64,000 nt of DNA from Candidatus Heimdallarchaeota archaeon. Its GTDB lineage: Archaea > Asgardarchaeota > Heimdallarchaeia > JABLTI01. Below the pieces are notes generated by a model. The model saw only the letters and a program-made list of their open reading frames with translations. It had not been told where the DNA came from and ran no database searches. Within the stretch, counting starts at the first letter, position 1. Each line of letters opens with the position of its first letter. Below, piece after piece: positions 29,882 through 40,064 of the stretch. Location of the stretch: contig DXJV01000029.1 of assembly GCA_019056785.1 (NCBI GenBank), positions 32,001 to 96,000 of the forward strand, in the 5' to 3' direction. The translations under genes were made by a program, and so were the position numbers.

Positions 29882-32110
29882 TTATTCTTTCAAAAGAGGG
29901 GCAATCGTTTCATGAATTGCTAAAAGTTTCTTATTTTCAGGGTACTGGATTGTTAGGCCCTTGAGTTCCATTGCCAGAGAATTTAGATAAGTAGAGCGCA
30001 TTAAATTCGATTCCTCAATAATAATATTAGTTAGGGCACGTGCAAGCTCTATTTGAATGGTTTCATTCTTTGGGAGTGCTTTTAACAACTTACGCAAAGC
30101 TTCAAGAAGTTCTTCCACGAGCTCAAATTTGTTTTGTTTGTAAGCCAAGACGATTACTCGCCGTGTGGAGCGTGCCAACACTTCCTGCACAGACTCTTCT
30201 TGTTCAAGAGGGCCACATAAAGAGCGCATTTCATTTAACATACTAATACAATGATTAAGGTTAGAATGATTCACTTCTAAACGAATGCTGTGTGCTAACC
30301 CCTTTACGAGTTGCTCCTGAACAACAGTTAAGGAAGGAAAGAGAAGAGTTATTTCACGCAATTCATCAAGATAGAGATTCATCTCATTTACCCGGTCATT
30401 TTTTCCAAAAGCGCTCACAATGTTTACAAGTGCCTTTGCGAAAAGAATTTGCAAATCGAGATTATATTGATCCTCATAGAGCCACTCTTTCAAGTTGATA
30501 TAGAGACGAGTTACTTTTTCCAGGTCACCAATATCACCATACACCTTAATAGCATCAACATAGGCTTTTCCTAATCTGAGTGTGATTTCAATATTTTCAG
30601 CACTAGTTTCGAAATCCTCAAATCGCGAAAGTAGTGCCTCCATTTCAGGTATTTTTGCTTGTAAACCATAAAAGCGGACGGCATTTACCAGGCATTGAGA
30701 ATAACTAATAACAATACCCTCCTCAATATCAAACCTTTCGGTGAGGGATTCTGCCTTCGACAGATAGGTATTGATAAGCTCCTCTTCATCTGAAATCTCC
30801 CCAAGAAGATAAATAACGTTCACAAGAGCTTGCGCAAAATATCTGGCAATTTCAACTACTGTTTGGTTTTGAAGATAGAACTCTTCAATCTGTTCGATTA
30901 CTTTGAGCATGAGCTTTACATTTGTTGTTGAGATTAATTCTTTAGTAATGTTAAATAGTCCCCGGGTAGCAAGAAGTTTGAAAGAGCGCTCCTCCGGGAA
31001 ACGTGCAAGAATCTCATTGACACGATACAATAGATTTATTGTTAAACCAAAATTTCTGAATGAGCAGAGCCAGAGGGCAGCTTGATTGACTCCCATTATT
31101 GCCATTGACTGTATTTTCTTAATTGTTGGTGATTCATCTGCTAATTTGAGTAATTGATTGACAAGAATTAAAATGCTGGGGAGATCGTTAATCGCGCCAC
31201 AATAATCAAGGGCAAGACGAAAACCATCTGCAACAAGAATTTTTAATTCACTGTTGTCTGCGTGTTTCTCAACAATTTCTAGGAGCTCATTTAAAGTCAC
31301 CATCATTTCATCGAACTCTTCTAGTTCCCCAAACCAATGAATGGCACTGATCAATCCTTTTGAATAGTAAAGAGTGAAATCTTCATCAATACATTTCTGC
31401 AATCTCGCGTGAAGTTCTCTCATAATCTTTAAAGAGCGCTTCATAGAATTGGTTTCGTGCATATCACCATAATTTTCAATTTCGATTGCCAACCCTTTGA
31501 GTAAGAGCGTTGCTAAAAAGCCTGAAACTTCAAGAGGAGGCAACAAGCCGCGCAAAATGATATCAAACTCTTTTGCTTTTTCAACATTCCAATCTTCCCC
31601 GAATCCTTTTATTGCAATGATGATTGCCTCAGAAGCAATTGAGCGAATAATATTATTGTCAAGATTCTCGATTGCTTTGTTTACAAGATAAATTACATAT
31701 TCTTCTAAGATTTCAAAGGCTTCGTTTCTTACGAAAGTTTCCAAGATAAGAATTATGGGGTCATCTATTGCCATGAGGAAGTTGTTGTCGTCCTGGAATT
31801 CTTCGAGAAACGCGAGTAAAATTTCGAGCAAGTTAATAAAAAAGTCCGGGTCAAAGTCTTCTTCTGCTTTGTGGATGAGTTCTGAGAAGCCGTCCATTAA
31901 TTGATAAAAGAACTCGGCATTTTTTCTCTCTGAGTCAAAGAGCGCCAGTAATTGTTCAAGGAATATTGGGAGCTCGCCAATTTTCTCTAATGGCAACTGT
32001 TTAATTTCGTCAATAAGGTTCTGAATTTGAGAAAAAACCTTCGGTTGAGAAGAAGAAGGAGTTTGCTCTACTTCCTTTTCTTCCGGAAACAAAACTTTTT
32101 TCTCAGGCAT
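29882..32110 (-). CDS. Acidic alpha-solenoid repeat protein
   Basis: Recurrent ~45-aa repeats such as AKALVNIVSAFG, SQCLVNAVRFYG and AQALVNVIYLLG. Confidence 0.8.
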   Translation of the reverse strand: MPEKKVLFPEEKEVEQTPSSSQPKVFSQIQNLIDEIKQLPLEKIGELPIFLEQLLALFDSERKNAEFFYQLMDGFSELIHKAEEDFDPDFFINLLEILLAFLEEFQDDNNFLMAIDDPIILILETFVRNEAFEILEEYVIYLVNKAIENLDNNIIRSIASEAIIIAIKGFGEDWNVEKAKEFDIILRGLLPPLEVSGFLATLLLKGLAIEIENYGDMHETNSMKRSLKIMRELHARLQKCIDEDFTLYYSKGLISAIHWFGELEEFDEMMVTLNELLEIVEKHADNSELKILVADGFRLALDYCGAINDLPSILILVNQLLKLADESPTIKKIQSMAIMGVNQAALWLCSFRNFGLTINLLYRVNEILARFPEERSFKLLATRGLFNITKELISTTNVKLMLKVIEQIEEFYLQNQTVVEIARYFAQALVNVIYLLGEISDEEELINTYLSKAESLTERFDIEEGIVISYSQCLVNAVRFYGLQAKIPEMEALLSRFEDFETSAENIEITLRLGKAYVDAIKVYGDIGDLEKVTRLYINLKEWLYEDQYNLDLQILFAKALVNIVSAFGKNDRVNEMNLYLDELREITLLFPSLTVVQEQLVKGLAHSIRLEVNHSNLNHCISMLNEMRSLCGPLEQEESVQEVLARSTRRVIVLAYKQNKFELVEELLEALRKLLKALPKNETIQIELARALTNIIIEESNLMRSTYLNSLAMELKGLTIQYPENKKLLAIHETIAPLLKE

Positions 32111-32241
32111 GTTCTAACACTCGTGATTTTTTTTATGGTGGAGGTCGGCCTACTCTTGAACTTTTTTACCATCAACTAACATTTTACCGCTAAAAAAGAT
32201 TTTTAGGATGTGGATTTTTCAAAAAAAGAAAAAAAGGTGGA

Positions 32242-32661
32242 TTAACGCGCGGTTTTGTTGTTTGCACCCTCTACCGAGAGACGGTAAATGAAGCAATAAA
32301 TTCCCCCAACAGTTAGCAACAAACCCACTAATGTATATGAACCAATTCCAAGAAAGATCATAATGATTCCTGTAATTGCCACATCAATTTTCGTCAATAA
32401 ATTGTAAAATGGTTTAAAGAATAATTTCAAGCCGGAGAAAAAGGCAAGAAGACCGATGACAATATTAAGTGCCATACCAATATAGTGGAGGTTGGGGGTA
32501 AGAAAGGTAAAGAAACCAAAACCATCTAGGAATGGCATTAAAGGATTCGTAGCACTAAATGCATAAATAAATGCGCCTAAAATGGAATTTACTACTAAGA
32601 GAATTCCACCGAAAAATAAAAAGAAAAACGCCCATTCTTCAGTTTTTTTCAATTCTAACAT
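32242..32661 (-). CDS. Hypothetical small membrane protein
   Basis: 3-4 hydrophobic segments. Confidence 0.7.
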   Translation of the reverse strand: MLELKKTEEWAFFFLFFGGILLVVNSILGAFIYAFSATNPLMPFLDGFGFFTFLTPNLHYIGMALNIVIGLLAFFSGLKLFFKPFYNLLTKIDVAITGIIMIFLGIGSYTLVGLLLTVGGIYCFIYRLSVEGANNKTAR

Positions 32662-32762
32662 TAGTATTCCTCAATGCTCAATTATTTTCTGACCTTCTAT
32701 GTTAAGCAATTAAGCGGTTATTAGTTAATAAGATTTTCCAGCAGTAGAGTACAAAAGACAAT

Positions 32763-33932
32763 TCAAGAAGGAGAATAGCTCTCCACTAAGGCAGCTAAAA
32801 TAGTTTTTGCCGCAATTTCCAGGTCTTTCTTTGGAACAAACTCATTTGCTTGATGTAAAACCGCAGGATCACCAGCACCAAAAATAACAAATGGTATGGT
32901 TTTTGGTGGGAGTAAAGCGGCAGCATCTGTAGCATAAGTAAGGCCTATGAAGGATTTTTGATTATTTGTTAGCTTCGTTGCCCATTTGAGCATTTGCTGA
33001 ACCAAAACGTCATTTTTATTTGTACTCAAAGCAGGAACCACATGAGTAAAAGTCAAGGAAACATTGAAAGGCTCATTACTCGAGAGCACATCAACAAGTG
33101 AGTACAAATCTGCTTTAAAAGTAGAAATATCTATCTCAGGAATGAGTCGGAAGTCACACTCAAAAGAACATCTCTCTGGAACAATATTAATTTTCGATCC
33201 TCCAGCTATTACGCCTACATTCAAAGTTGTTTTCCTCAAGAGCTCATTTTCAACCTGGGGTAGAGAATCTCTGAAGCCAGTAATGACTTTACACGCACCA
33301 TAGATGGCATTCACTCCTTTTTCAGGCATGCTCCCGTGGGCAGCCTTTCCCTTTACATCTACCCGCACCCACAACGGGCCTTTCTCAGCAATACCAACAT
33401 GCAAATTTGTTGCTTCGGTTATCACAAGGCAGGCGGCATTGTCCATATAGCCTTCTTTATTGATTTGAAATGCACCTTTCATTCCGACTTCTTCGTCAGC
33501 GGTCCCAATAAATAGTACTTTATACTCTAAAGGGAGGTCAGCATCGTAAAGAGCTGCCATAACTGCAATAAGAGTTGCCACACCACCTTTCATATCCACT
33601 GTCCCTCGACCATAATAGCGCCCATTTCTTTCTGTGAAAGAAAGAGGTGGATATTTCCATTTGGATTCATCCCCAACCGGCACAGTATCAAGATGCCCAC
33701 TTAGAACGAGGGAGCGGGGCCCAGTGCCAAAAGACAAGAGAACATTTTGTCGTTCGTTATCAAGAGGGACAATTTTTGTTTCAAGACCAAGACTCTTTCC
33801 CTCCTCAGCCAAGAACTTCGCAATGTGTTTCGTCCGCCCGGGGGGATTTTGGCTATCCATTTCTACTAATGTTTTCGTTAACTCTTTGATAAGAGTAGGA
33901 TCTACCTTTCTGAGAATAGAATCTATGTTCAT
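32763..33932 (-). CDS. M20 metallopeptidase (ArgE/DapE family)
   Basis: SGHLDTVP, GRGTVDMKGG, ADEE, GKAAHGS, HQANE. Confidence 0.92.
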   Translation of the reverse strand: MNIDSILRKVDPTLIKELTKTLVEMDSQNPPGRTKHIAKFLAEEGKSLGLETKIVPLDNERQNVLLSFGTGPRSLVLSGHLDTVPVGDESKWKYPPLSFTERNGRYYGRGTVDMKGGVATLIAVMAALYDADLPLEYKVLFIGTADEEVGMKGAFQINKEGYMDNAACLVITEATNLHVGIAEKGPLWVRVDVKGKAAHGSMPEKGVNAIYGACKVITGFRDSLPQVENELLRKTTLNVGVIAGGSKINIVPERCSFECDFRLIPEIDISTFKADLYSLVDVLSSNEPFNVSLTFTHVVPALSTNKNDVLVQQMLKWATKLTNNQKSFIGLTYATDAAALLPPKTIPFVIFGAGDPAVLHQANEFVPKKDLEIAAKTILAALVESYSPS

Positions 33933-33987
33933 ATCACATCCCTCAACCTACTTGGAGTTAAAAGAATAAAAAAGTAATCATCAGCTG

Positions 33988-35052
33988 TTAAACTATTGGA
34001 AAGGATTTATTGTAGGTGTCAAGCAATGCTTTGTAGATGTTTTTCTCTTCAAGAGATTCCCAGATCTCTCCGAAGGTTTTGATATAAGGTTTTATTTGGG
34101 GTGTAGCATACGGATCAGGGTCATTATCTTTTAACCGGAATTGTTCAAATAGGTTGTGTTTGAGATAGCTACACGCCGCATCAACGATTAGCGATAATCG
34201 TTCAATATTTCCCAAAGCAATGGGTTTAACGATTTCATTGTTGAATATATTAGTATTAAGTAAAAATGCACGGCCAACTTCATGGATAATTATTTTGTAA
34301 TTTTCCAGATCCTCGCGCTCGTTGGCGATCATTATTTTTTCTGCCAACAAATTTGTTGCAATGGTTGTTGTTGGTTCGACAAGATAAACAACAAACTCCT
34401 GATAGGGAAAATCGAGTTTCAAAATTTTTTTCCAAGCATTTACAATGTTAAGAGGTTTTATTATCTGATTCAGCTGTTGTTGGTGTTGCTCTAAGCGGGG
34501 CAGTAAATCGTCAAACCAATACTTTTGATAGAAATTAGCCCAAACAATTTGTAATGCGTTTTTCATAAAGTCAAAAGTTTCGAGAATGATTTCATAATTC
34601 TCATGTAATTTTTGAAAGTGGCTTTCAAAGATGCTTTGTGGTGCATAAATTAGAAGATCATCAAAAACACTCCCATAGGTTATCATTAAAGTTTCAAATG
34701 ACCCTTCCTTTATAGCCGCACCAATATTATCAAAATTCTGGAGCAACATCTCCAAATCTTCAGCAGGAATATAACTTGGAATTTGGAATAAAACCTCATA
34801 GAGTTCAGCGCTACAACCTAAAGTCAAGCATTTCTTTGCATGCTTCTCCCAAAGAACATACTCTTCCTCTGTAAGAGTAAAATGATGTTTTAGCCCATAA
34901 TTAGAATGAAAAAATGAGCCATCTATTTCTAAACAAGAAAAGACATGCATTAAAATGTTTGGCGTTAAACTTGAAGAGACGATAACTTCCTGAGGCACTG
35001 TTCTCCACTTCACAAAACAAATTTGTATGACTAAACTTATAGTCATTGGCAA
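33988..35052 (-). CDS. Hypothetical protein with a degenerate zincin-like motif
   Basis: 354-aa ORF with IIHEVGR; the start is uncertain. Confidence 0.6.
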   Translation of the reverse strand: MPMTISLVIQICFVKWRTVPQEVIVSSSLTPNILMHVFSCLEIDGSFFHSNYGLKHHFTLTEEEYVLWEKHAKKCLTLGCSAELYEVLFQIPSYIPAEDLEMLLQNFDNIGAAIKEGSFETLMITYGSVFDDLLIYAPQSIFESHFQKLHENYEIILETFDFMKNALQIVWANFYQKYWFDDLLPRLEQHQQQLNQIIKPLNIVNAWKKILKLDFPYQEFVVYLVEPTTTIATNLLAEKIMIANEREDLENYKIIIHEVGRAFLLNTNIFNNEIVKPIALGNIERLSLIVDAACSYLKHNLFEQFRLKDNDPDPYATPQIKPYIKTFGEIWESLEEKNIYKALLDTYNKSFPIV

Positions 35053-35091
35053 ATAAAGAGTTTATGCTTTTATTCAAAAAAAAGGAACTCT

Positions 35092-35397
35092 TCACGCTTT
35101 TTCACTTACAGTTGTATAACTTAAAATCTCGTTCGTTTCGATACTCACTAAAGCAATTTTCGCATCATTGGATAAAAGGCGGAGATGGTTTTGAATGCAT
35201 TTTCCATGAACATGCTTTTTTTCTGTGAGGTCTTCATTAACAAAAATAATCATACAATCTTCTGCTTCTTTGAAACTAAAACCACATAAATAACACTGTT
35301 CCTTTTCTTCCGGCTTTTCAATAATAGGCGCTTTTTGTTCGCTCACAAGTAAGCCAAAGATTTTTTGAGATGACATTTTTGCAATTATAAACTCCAT
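35092..35397 (-). CDS. Small zinc-binding protein (RING-fragment-like)
   Basis: CYLC ... HVHGKC; an alternative start is at MSSQK. Confidence 0.6.
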   Translation of the reverse strand: MEFIIAKMSSQKIFGLLVSEQKAPIIEKPEEKEQCYLCGFSFKEAEDCMIIFVNEDLTEKKHVHGKCIQNHLRLLSNDAKIALVSIETNEILSYTTVSEKA

Positions 35398-35561
35398 TAA
35401 ATTCTATGATCAAAGATTTAAAAGTATAAATCTCGTAAATAATTACTAATAAAAATCAAATATAAGCATTCCCAATTAGGAAACAATAGAAAAAAAATGA
35501 GAATAAAACTAGAATGATTAATATTCGTAATTGAATAGATAAGTTATAAAAATCGATCAGA

Positions 35562-35972
35562 GTGGTAGATGCTATGACTATAAGTACAATCGAGCTCCCA
35601 TTACTTCTTAAAAACCTCAAGAAAGTATTTGGTGAGAAAATTCACGGCCCAGTTAATTCTAATGTTCGAGAATACCAATTAGTTTGCGAACCAGAACATC
35701 TTCACCAAATAGCTAACTTTCTACTTGTTCGAGGTGTAAAGAAACTTGTCGCAATCAACGCCTGGCGAGAGAATCAACAGAAAGTTAAACTCGCCTATTA
35801 TTTCATTGCAAAAATTGGCCCAGATGGTTTGGATTCAAAAATTGCTGTAATTGTTGTTTTGGATCCAGATAAAAAAACACTCGAGTCCCTCACCGATTTA
35901 TTTGTAAACGCCAGAATTTTCGAGAGTGAGATTAGTTCTAAACTCGATCTAAAGTTTCAAATAACTAAATAA
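35562..35972 (+). CDS. Orphan NuoC/EchD-like subunit
   Basis: LVAINAW...LAYYF...ESLTDLFVNARIFESEI matches the complex I subunit C pattern (SxxxxFxxAxxxERE). Confidence 0.7.
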   Translation: MVDAMTISTIELPLLLKNLKKVFGEKIHGPVNSNVREYQLVCEPEHLHQIANFLLVRGVKKLVAINAWRENQQKVKLAYYFIAKIGPDGLDSKIAVIVVLDPDKKTLESLTDLFVNARIFESEISSKLDLKFQITK

Positions 35973-36133
35973 AATCTCTGTTTTCAAAATAAATTCTACC
36001 TAAAATTGAGAAAGAAAAGTCGCTTTTATACTGCCTTTTGAGTAACATAAATTAATGACTTTTGTCTTTATGTTAATAGATATTATATTAAACAATATAT
36101 TTCTAACAAACAAACCAAAAAGGTTGGTTACTC

Positions 36134-38512
36134 TTGTCTAATGAAAAAAATGAAGAAGTCGAAAAAACAAATTCAGAAGAAAATTTGACAGAAGAACCAG
36201 TAGAAGCAAAAGAAGCAAAAGAACCAAAAGAAGAAGAGATTGAAACAGAAGAAACCAAAGAGGAACTAGAGATACCAGAGATACCACTAGAGGAAAGTTC
36301 AGAAGAAGAGATAATTGAAGTAGCAACACCAACAGAAGAACCCGAGGTAGAAGAACTCCCAAAAGAAGAATACAGCTTTGAAGCAAAGAAAGCTAAACCT
36401 GTCAAAAAGAAGAAGAAAAAAGGGCCGCCATTTCTACTCAGCACTCTCATTGGTTTAGGCGTGGCCTTATTAATTGAGGTGCTATTCTCCATACCACTTT
36501 GGGTTGGAGGTGTTGGCAGACCAGACCTGTTTTATATAGAACTCGTACTTGTACTTATAGCGATGAGCATCCCCGGATTGTTTACCCGAAGCCTTCAAAA
36601 AGGGATCCTTGGGGCGTTCATGATTTTCATTGTAGCATTTGCTGTTCCATTACTACTCACAGTGCTTGGCTTAAAAGCCATTCTCAGTCCCCTCACACCG
36701 CTTTTTGCAAGCACTGACTTTTCGCTTGATGCATTTCAGATATTCAAATCGCTTTTCCCTGCATTAGAAAATTTGCCAATAGCACAAATCCAAAAATGGA
36801 TCTGGATAGTCGACCTTGTGCTAATGTTCATCCTGACAATCTTTGTTGTGGTGATTATAACAGCTTTGATCAAAAGCATCACCAAGAAAAAGAAGAAAGT
36901 TGGGACATGGATTGCTATTCCATTGCTAAGTATTGGCTTGATTATTTTTGCAGTGTTCACACCAATTATCTTCTCTTCAACATATGGTATTATTCAAGCA
37001 AGTACATCATTTCTAGCCGGTGCCACAAAAATGCAGGAAGCCTATGGCGTCTTTGAGGGAACAGGTTCCACGCCAAGCACCCAGGCAATGGAATGGATGC
37101 AAAACAATTTATCAGAAGCCAATTATTGGTTAAATATTTCTCGAGTCAATTATAAAGGATTACAAAATATTGGACTAATTAGAATTGCCGTTCTGGTCTC
37201 AGGACAATATGGACCGTTAATAGAAGCAGGCGATCAGCTGGCCTTAGCAACAATGGCAATGACTGGCATTTTACTGCCACTTTTTACCGGGATTTATGAT
37301 TTAACTCAAAGTTTAGAAAATGCCACGAATGACATGGCGAATTTCGGTTCCTCCTCGAGTGCAACGAGTGCAAAAAATGTTCTCACCCAACTTTCAACTA
37401 AAAGTTTAGAAGATATAGACCAACTGAAAGAGGACATTATTCGCGCTATTGAAGGGCTTGATAAGGCTGAAAATGCCCTCAATATTATTCAGCAACGAAT
37501 TGCCCAACAAGATATACAAGGATCTTTTGATGAAGTTAAAGCAAAGTTAGAGAGCATTAATATTGCCGAACTTCCAGCCAAGGTGGGCGATATCATAAAC
37601 GAGATTCGAGTTCGTTTAGACCAATTCGACGGGCAATTAGAAGGATTTGTAAATTTCATAAGTTATACAGCTGATAACTTGGAACCAACAAAGAAAATCC
37701 TCTGGGCGTCTTATAATACTATTGTGGGAAATGAATATTTAAAACTCAGACGATTTAAGAATGCTGCAGATGCCTTTACCTATGCTTACCAAAATATTTC
37801 AGCAATAAGTGGTATTGCCACATACACACCAACCGGCAATCTTACAAACATTTTTGCAGCAGCTATAACGGAAGATTTCACCTTCCTGTTAAATGACCTT
37901 ATAGGGATAATGTCACCACTCTTACAAGAAGAGATTGCATTCGCACAAACCTACGATGAAATAACAAAAATTATGCGGGCCTTTGCAGCTGAAGCGGATA
38001 TCTCTCAAGTTGATTACTCGTCTCTAAGTACACCACTTGCAACAGCAAACAGCACAGATGTCTATGGTGCAATAGCACAAAGTGCTCTCGATGCTTTCAG
38101 AACCAAACTTCAAAATACAACCTTTGGCTCGATGTTCAACAACATCGGCACACGTTTTGATAAGATTCTCACCGATGACTTTAGACCGCTCGAATTTGGG
38201 ATCATGACGAAGTTCATGGGGACAATTGTTGCATATTATTTAACCAGCTGCGAAAGCTATGCTAACCAATATTTCACAGAAGCAATTAACAACATAACAA
38301 TCGCCGATAATATTATGACAAACGATCTTTTACCCATTCTCAACGTCAATGATCCTCGCTATCTTCAAGACTATTATAATAATTGGTCTCTTGCTCTTGG
38401 AGAACTTAAGATAAAAATGGAGACATACAACACTCCCGCAAACTATAGCAATGGGCTTACTGCAATACAGGATACAATTCTAGTCCTTTATGCAAATGTT
38501 GAAGAAAAATAA
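36134..38512 (+). CDS. Large hypothetical membrane protein
   Basis: Glu-rich N-terminus, a poly-Lys patch, about 6 TMs and a ~500-aa helical C-terminal region. Confidence 0.8.
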   Translation: MSNEKNEEVEKTNSEENLTEEPVEAKEAKEPKEEEIETEETKEELEIPEIPLEESSEEEIIEVATPTEEPEVEELPKEEYSFEAKKAKPVKKKKKKGPPFLLSTLIGLGVALLIEVLFSIPLWVGGVGRPDLFYIELVLVLIAMSIPGLFTRSLQKGILGAFMIFIVAFAVPLLLTVLGLKAILSPLTPLFASTDFSLDAFQIFKSLFPALENLPIAQIQKWIWIVDLVLMFILTIFVVVIITALIKSITKKKKKVGTWIAIPLLSIGLIIFAVFTPIIFSSTYGIIQASTSFLAGATKMQEAYGVFEGTGSTPSTQAMEWMQNNLSEANYWLNISRVNYKGLQNIGLIRIAVLVSGQYGPLIEAGDQLALATMAMTGILLPLFTGIYDLTQSLENATNDMANFGSSSSATSAKNVLTQLSTKSLEDIDQLKEDIIRAIEGLDKAENALNIIQQRIAQQDIQGSFDEVKAKLESINIAELPAKVGDIINEIRVRLDQFDGQLEGFVNFISYTADNLEPTKKILWASYNTIVGNEYLKLRRFKNAADAFTYAYQNISAISGIATYTPTGNLTNIFAAAITEDFTFLLNDLIGIMSPLLQEEIAFAQTYDEITKIMRAFAAEADISQVDYSSLSTPLATANSTDVYGAIAQSALDAFRTKLQNTTFGSMFNNIGTRFDKILTDDFRPLEFGIMTKFMGTIVAYYLTSCESYANQYFTEAINNITIADNIMTNDLLPILNVNDPRYLQDYYNNWSLALGELKIKMETYNTPANYSNGLTAIQDTILVLYANVEEK

Positions 38513-38561
38513 AGAAGATATTACTCTTCTTTTCTTTTTTTTTATACAAGCTTTTTTAGTC

Positions 38562-39380
38562 TTAATCAGTTTCTTCTGCTTCTAGTTCTGTTATGGGGTA
38601 GAAATAGCGCCGCTCTTTAAGGTAACCACCTAAGAGCCCTCCAGTAAATGCCATTATCGAAAACAACAAGAAAAAGAGTATGGAATTGAAGACTAATTCT
38701 GTTAGAGTTTCCCATTCTCTTGAAAAGAATGCCACAAATAAGACAAAAATCAATATCACTGACACAAAGGAAGCTATTATACCGAATTTCCTTTCTCCGG
38801 CAATCAGTCCGCCTACAAAACCGGCAATAATAAATCCAATCAACAGGATAATTAAACCAACAATATTACCGCCATTGGGGATAGCGGATTTAATGATGCC
38901 AATGAGGAAGTAATAGGCAATAAAAAAGAGGCCAATAGTTACCATAGAGGTTATTGCTCCTGAGAGCGTTGAAATCACTGTGCGAGCAGCAACTGTTCCC
39001 TTGAGTCGTTCAACAAGAACCTCATCAAATGTTCTAAAGGGAGAAACATCTGTTGTGGAATCCTTCAAGATGTCCTCGTATTTTTGTCTAAACATCTTCA
39101 GAATGTCAAGAAGAGTTTTGTTTATAAGAGGTTCGTAGTCCTTGGAATGGCAAATGGCAGCAATAATGAATCGGTCATCTGTTTTATAAGCGAGCTTTCT
39201 ATCAAGTCCTTCAATAGCTGAAATATCAACTAACCCCGCTTCACTTGAGAAATTACGAAAAGCAAGCAAGAGACCAGAAACGAGTTGTTCATCAATGGTT
39301 TTTTCTTTAGACTCGTGATACCAATCATAAATACAAATGCCACTATTTAAATCGATGATCCATACATTTTCAATTGCCAA
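38562..39380 (-). CDS. Longin-like domain fused to a 4-TM membrane domain
   Basis: VWII..SGICIY, DEQLVSGLLLAFRNFSSE and FRQKY...F..FD form a longin pattern, followed by four TMs. Confidence 0.75.
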   Translation of the reverse strand: MAIENVWIIDLNSGICIYDWYHESKEKTIDEQLVSGLLLAFRNFSSEAGLVDISAIEGLDRKLAYKTDDRFIIAAICHSKDYEPLINKTLLDILKMFRQKYEDILKDSTTDVSPFRTFDEVLVERLKGTVAARTVISTLSGAITSMVTIGLFFIAYYFLIGIIKSAIPNGGNIVGLIILLIGFIIAGFVGGLIAGERKFGIIASFVSVILIFVLFVAFFSREWETLTELVFNSILFFLLFSIMAFTGGLLGGYLKERRYFYPITELEAEETD

Positions 39381-39594
39381 AAACTTTCAACCACACATTG
39401 AAATTTATATAACTATTTATAGGTTATTGGCTTTATTTTCTTTTTGGATAAGAACTCTCCTTGAAGATAAGCAGATTGGAGGAGCGCCCAGAGATTCCGA
39501 CAAAAACTCTGAAAAGGAAATTACCTCAAACGCAAGCTTATTAATGCGCGAATGAATAGTTCATACAATAAAAAATTGCAGGAGATCACACCCT

Positions 39595-40008
39595 ATGGAA
39601 TTAATCGAATGTACTAAAGTACATATACAAGATGCTTTGAATTCACCAATCCTCCCACAAAATGTTAAGAACGATTTAAAAGATTCCGGAGAAACCTTTC
39701 TTTCAGTTTATAGTAAAAAAAGCAAGTCACTTCGATTTTTCCCCATTAAGGACGAAAATATTTATTGGCTTAAAATTGCGATTGATAGTTTTAACCCTGA
39801 AATAAGCGGGAAAATCCTCGCAAAATTAAGTAGCCTTATCTCTCAATTTGTTTATTCAACAGGTGTCTGTGTTTCGAAAAGTGAATGCTTTTGGGATGGA
39901 ATTATTCTCGAGTCAGCATTTAAGAATTCAAAAGAAAATCTCATCAAAACGCTTGAAGAAATACCCAATGTCATCAATGTCACATTAAAACCGGTCGCCA
40001 AAGAATAA
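39595..40008 (+). CDS. Hypothetical protein, possible ACT-like C-terminus
   Basis: GGAGA SD; the C-terminal pattern LEEIPNVINVTL is ACT-like. Confidence 0.6.
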   Translation: MELIECTKVHIQDALNSPILPQNVKNDLKDSGETFLSVYSKKSKSLRFFPIKDENIYWLKIAIDSFNPEISGKILAKLSSLISQFVYSTGVCVSKSECFWDGIILESAFKNSKENLIKTLEEIPNVINVTLKPVAKE

Positions 40009-40064
40009 AAAGAAGAAAAAAGGTCTGTAATACGACCTAGTTATTTTATTGCTTTTTTTCGCAA

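Noticed and set aside
36103-36492. Ser/Phe-rich minus-strand ORF
   Set aside because: It is the antisense shadow of the Glu-rich N-terminus of the 36134 gene.
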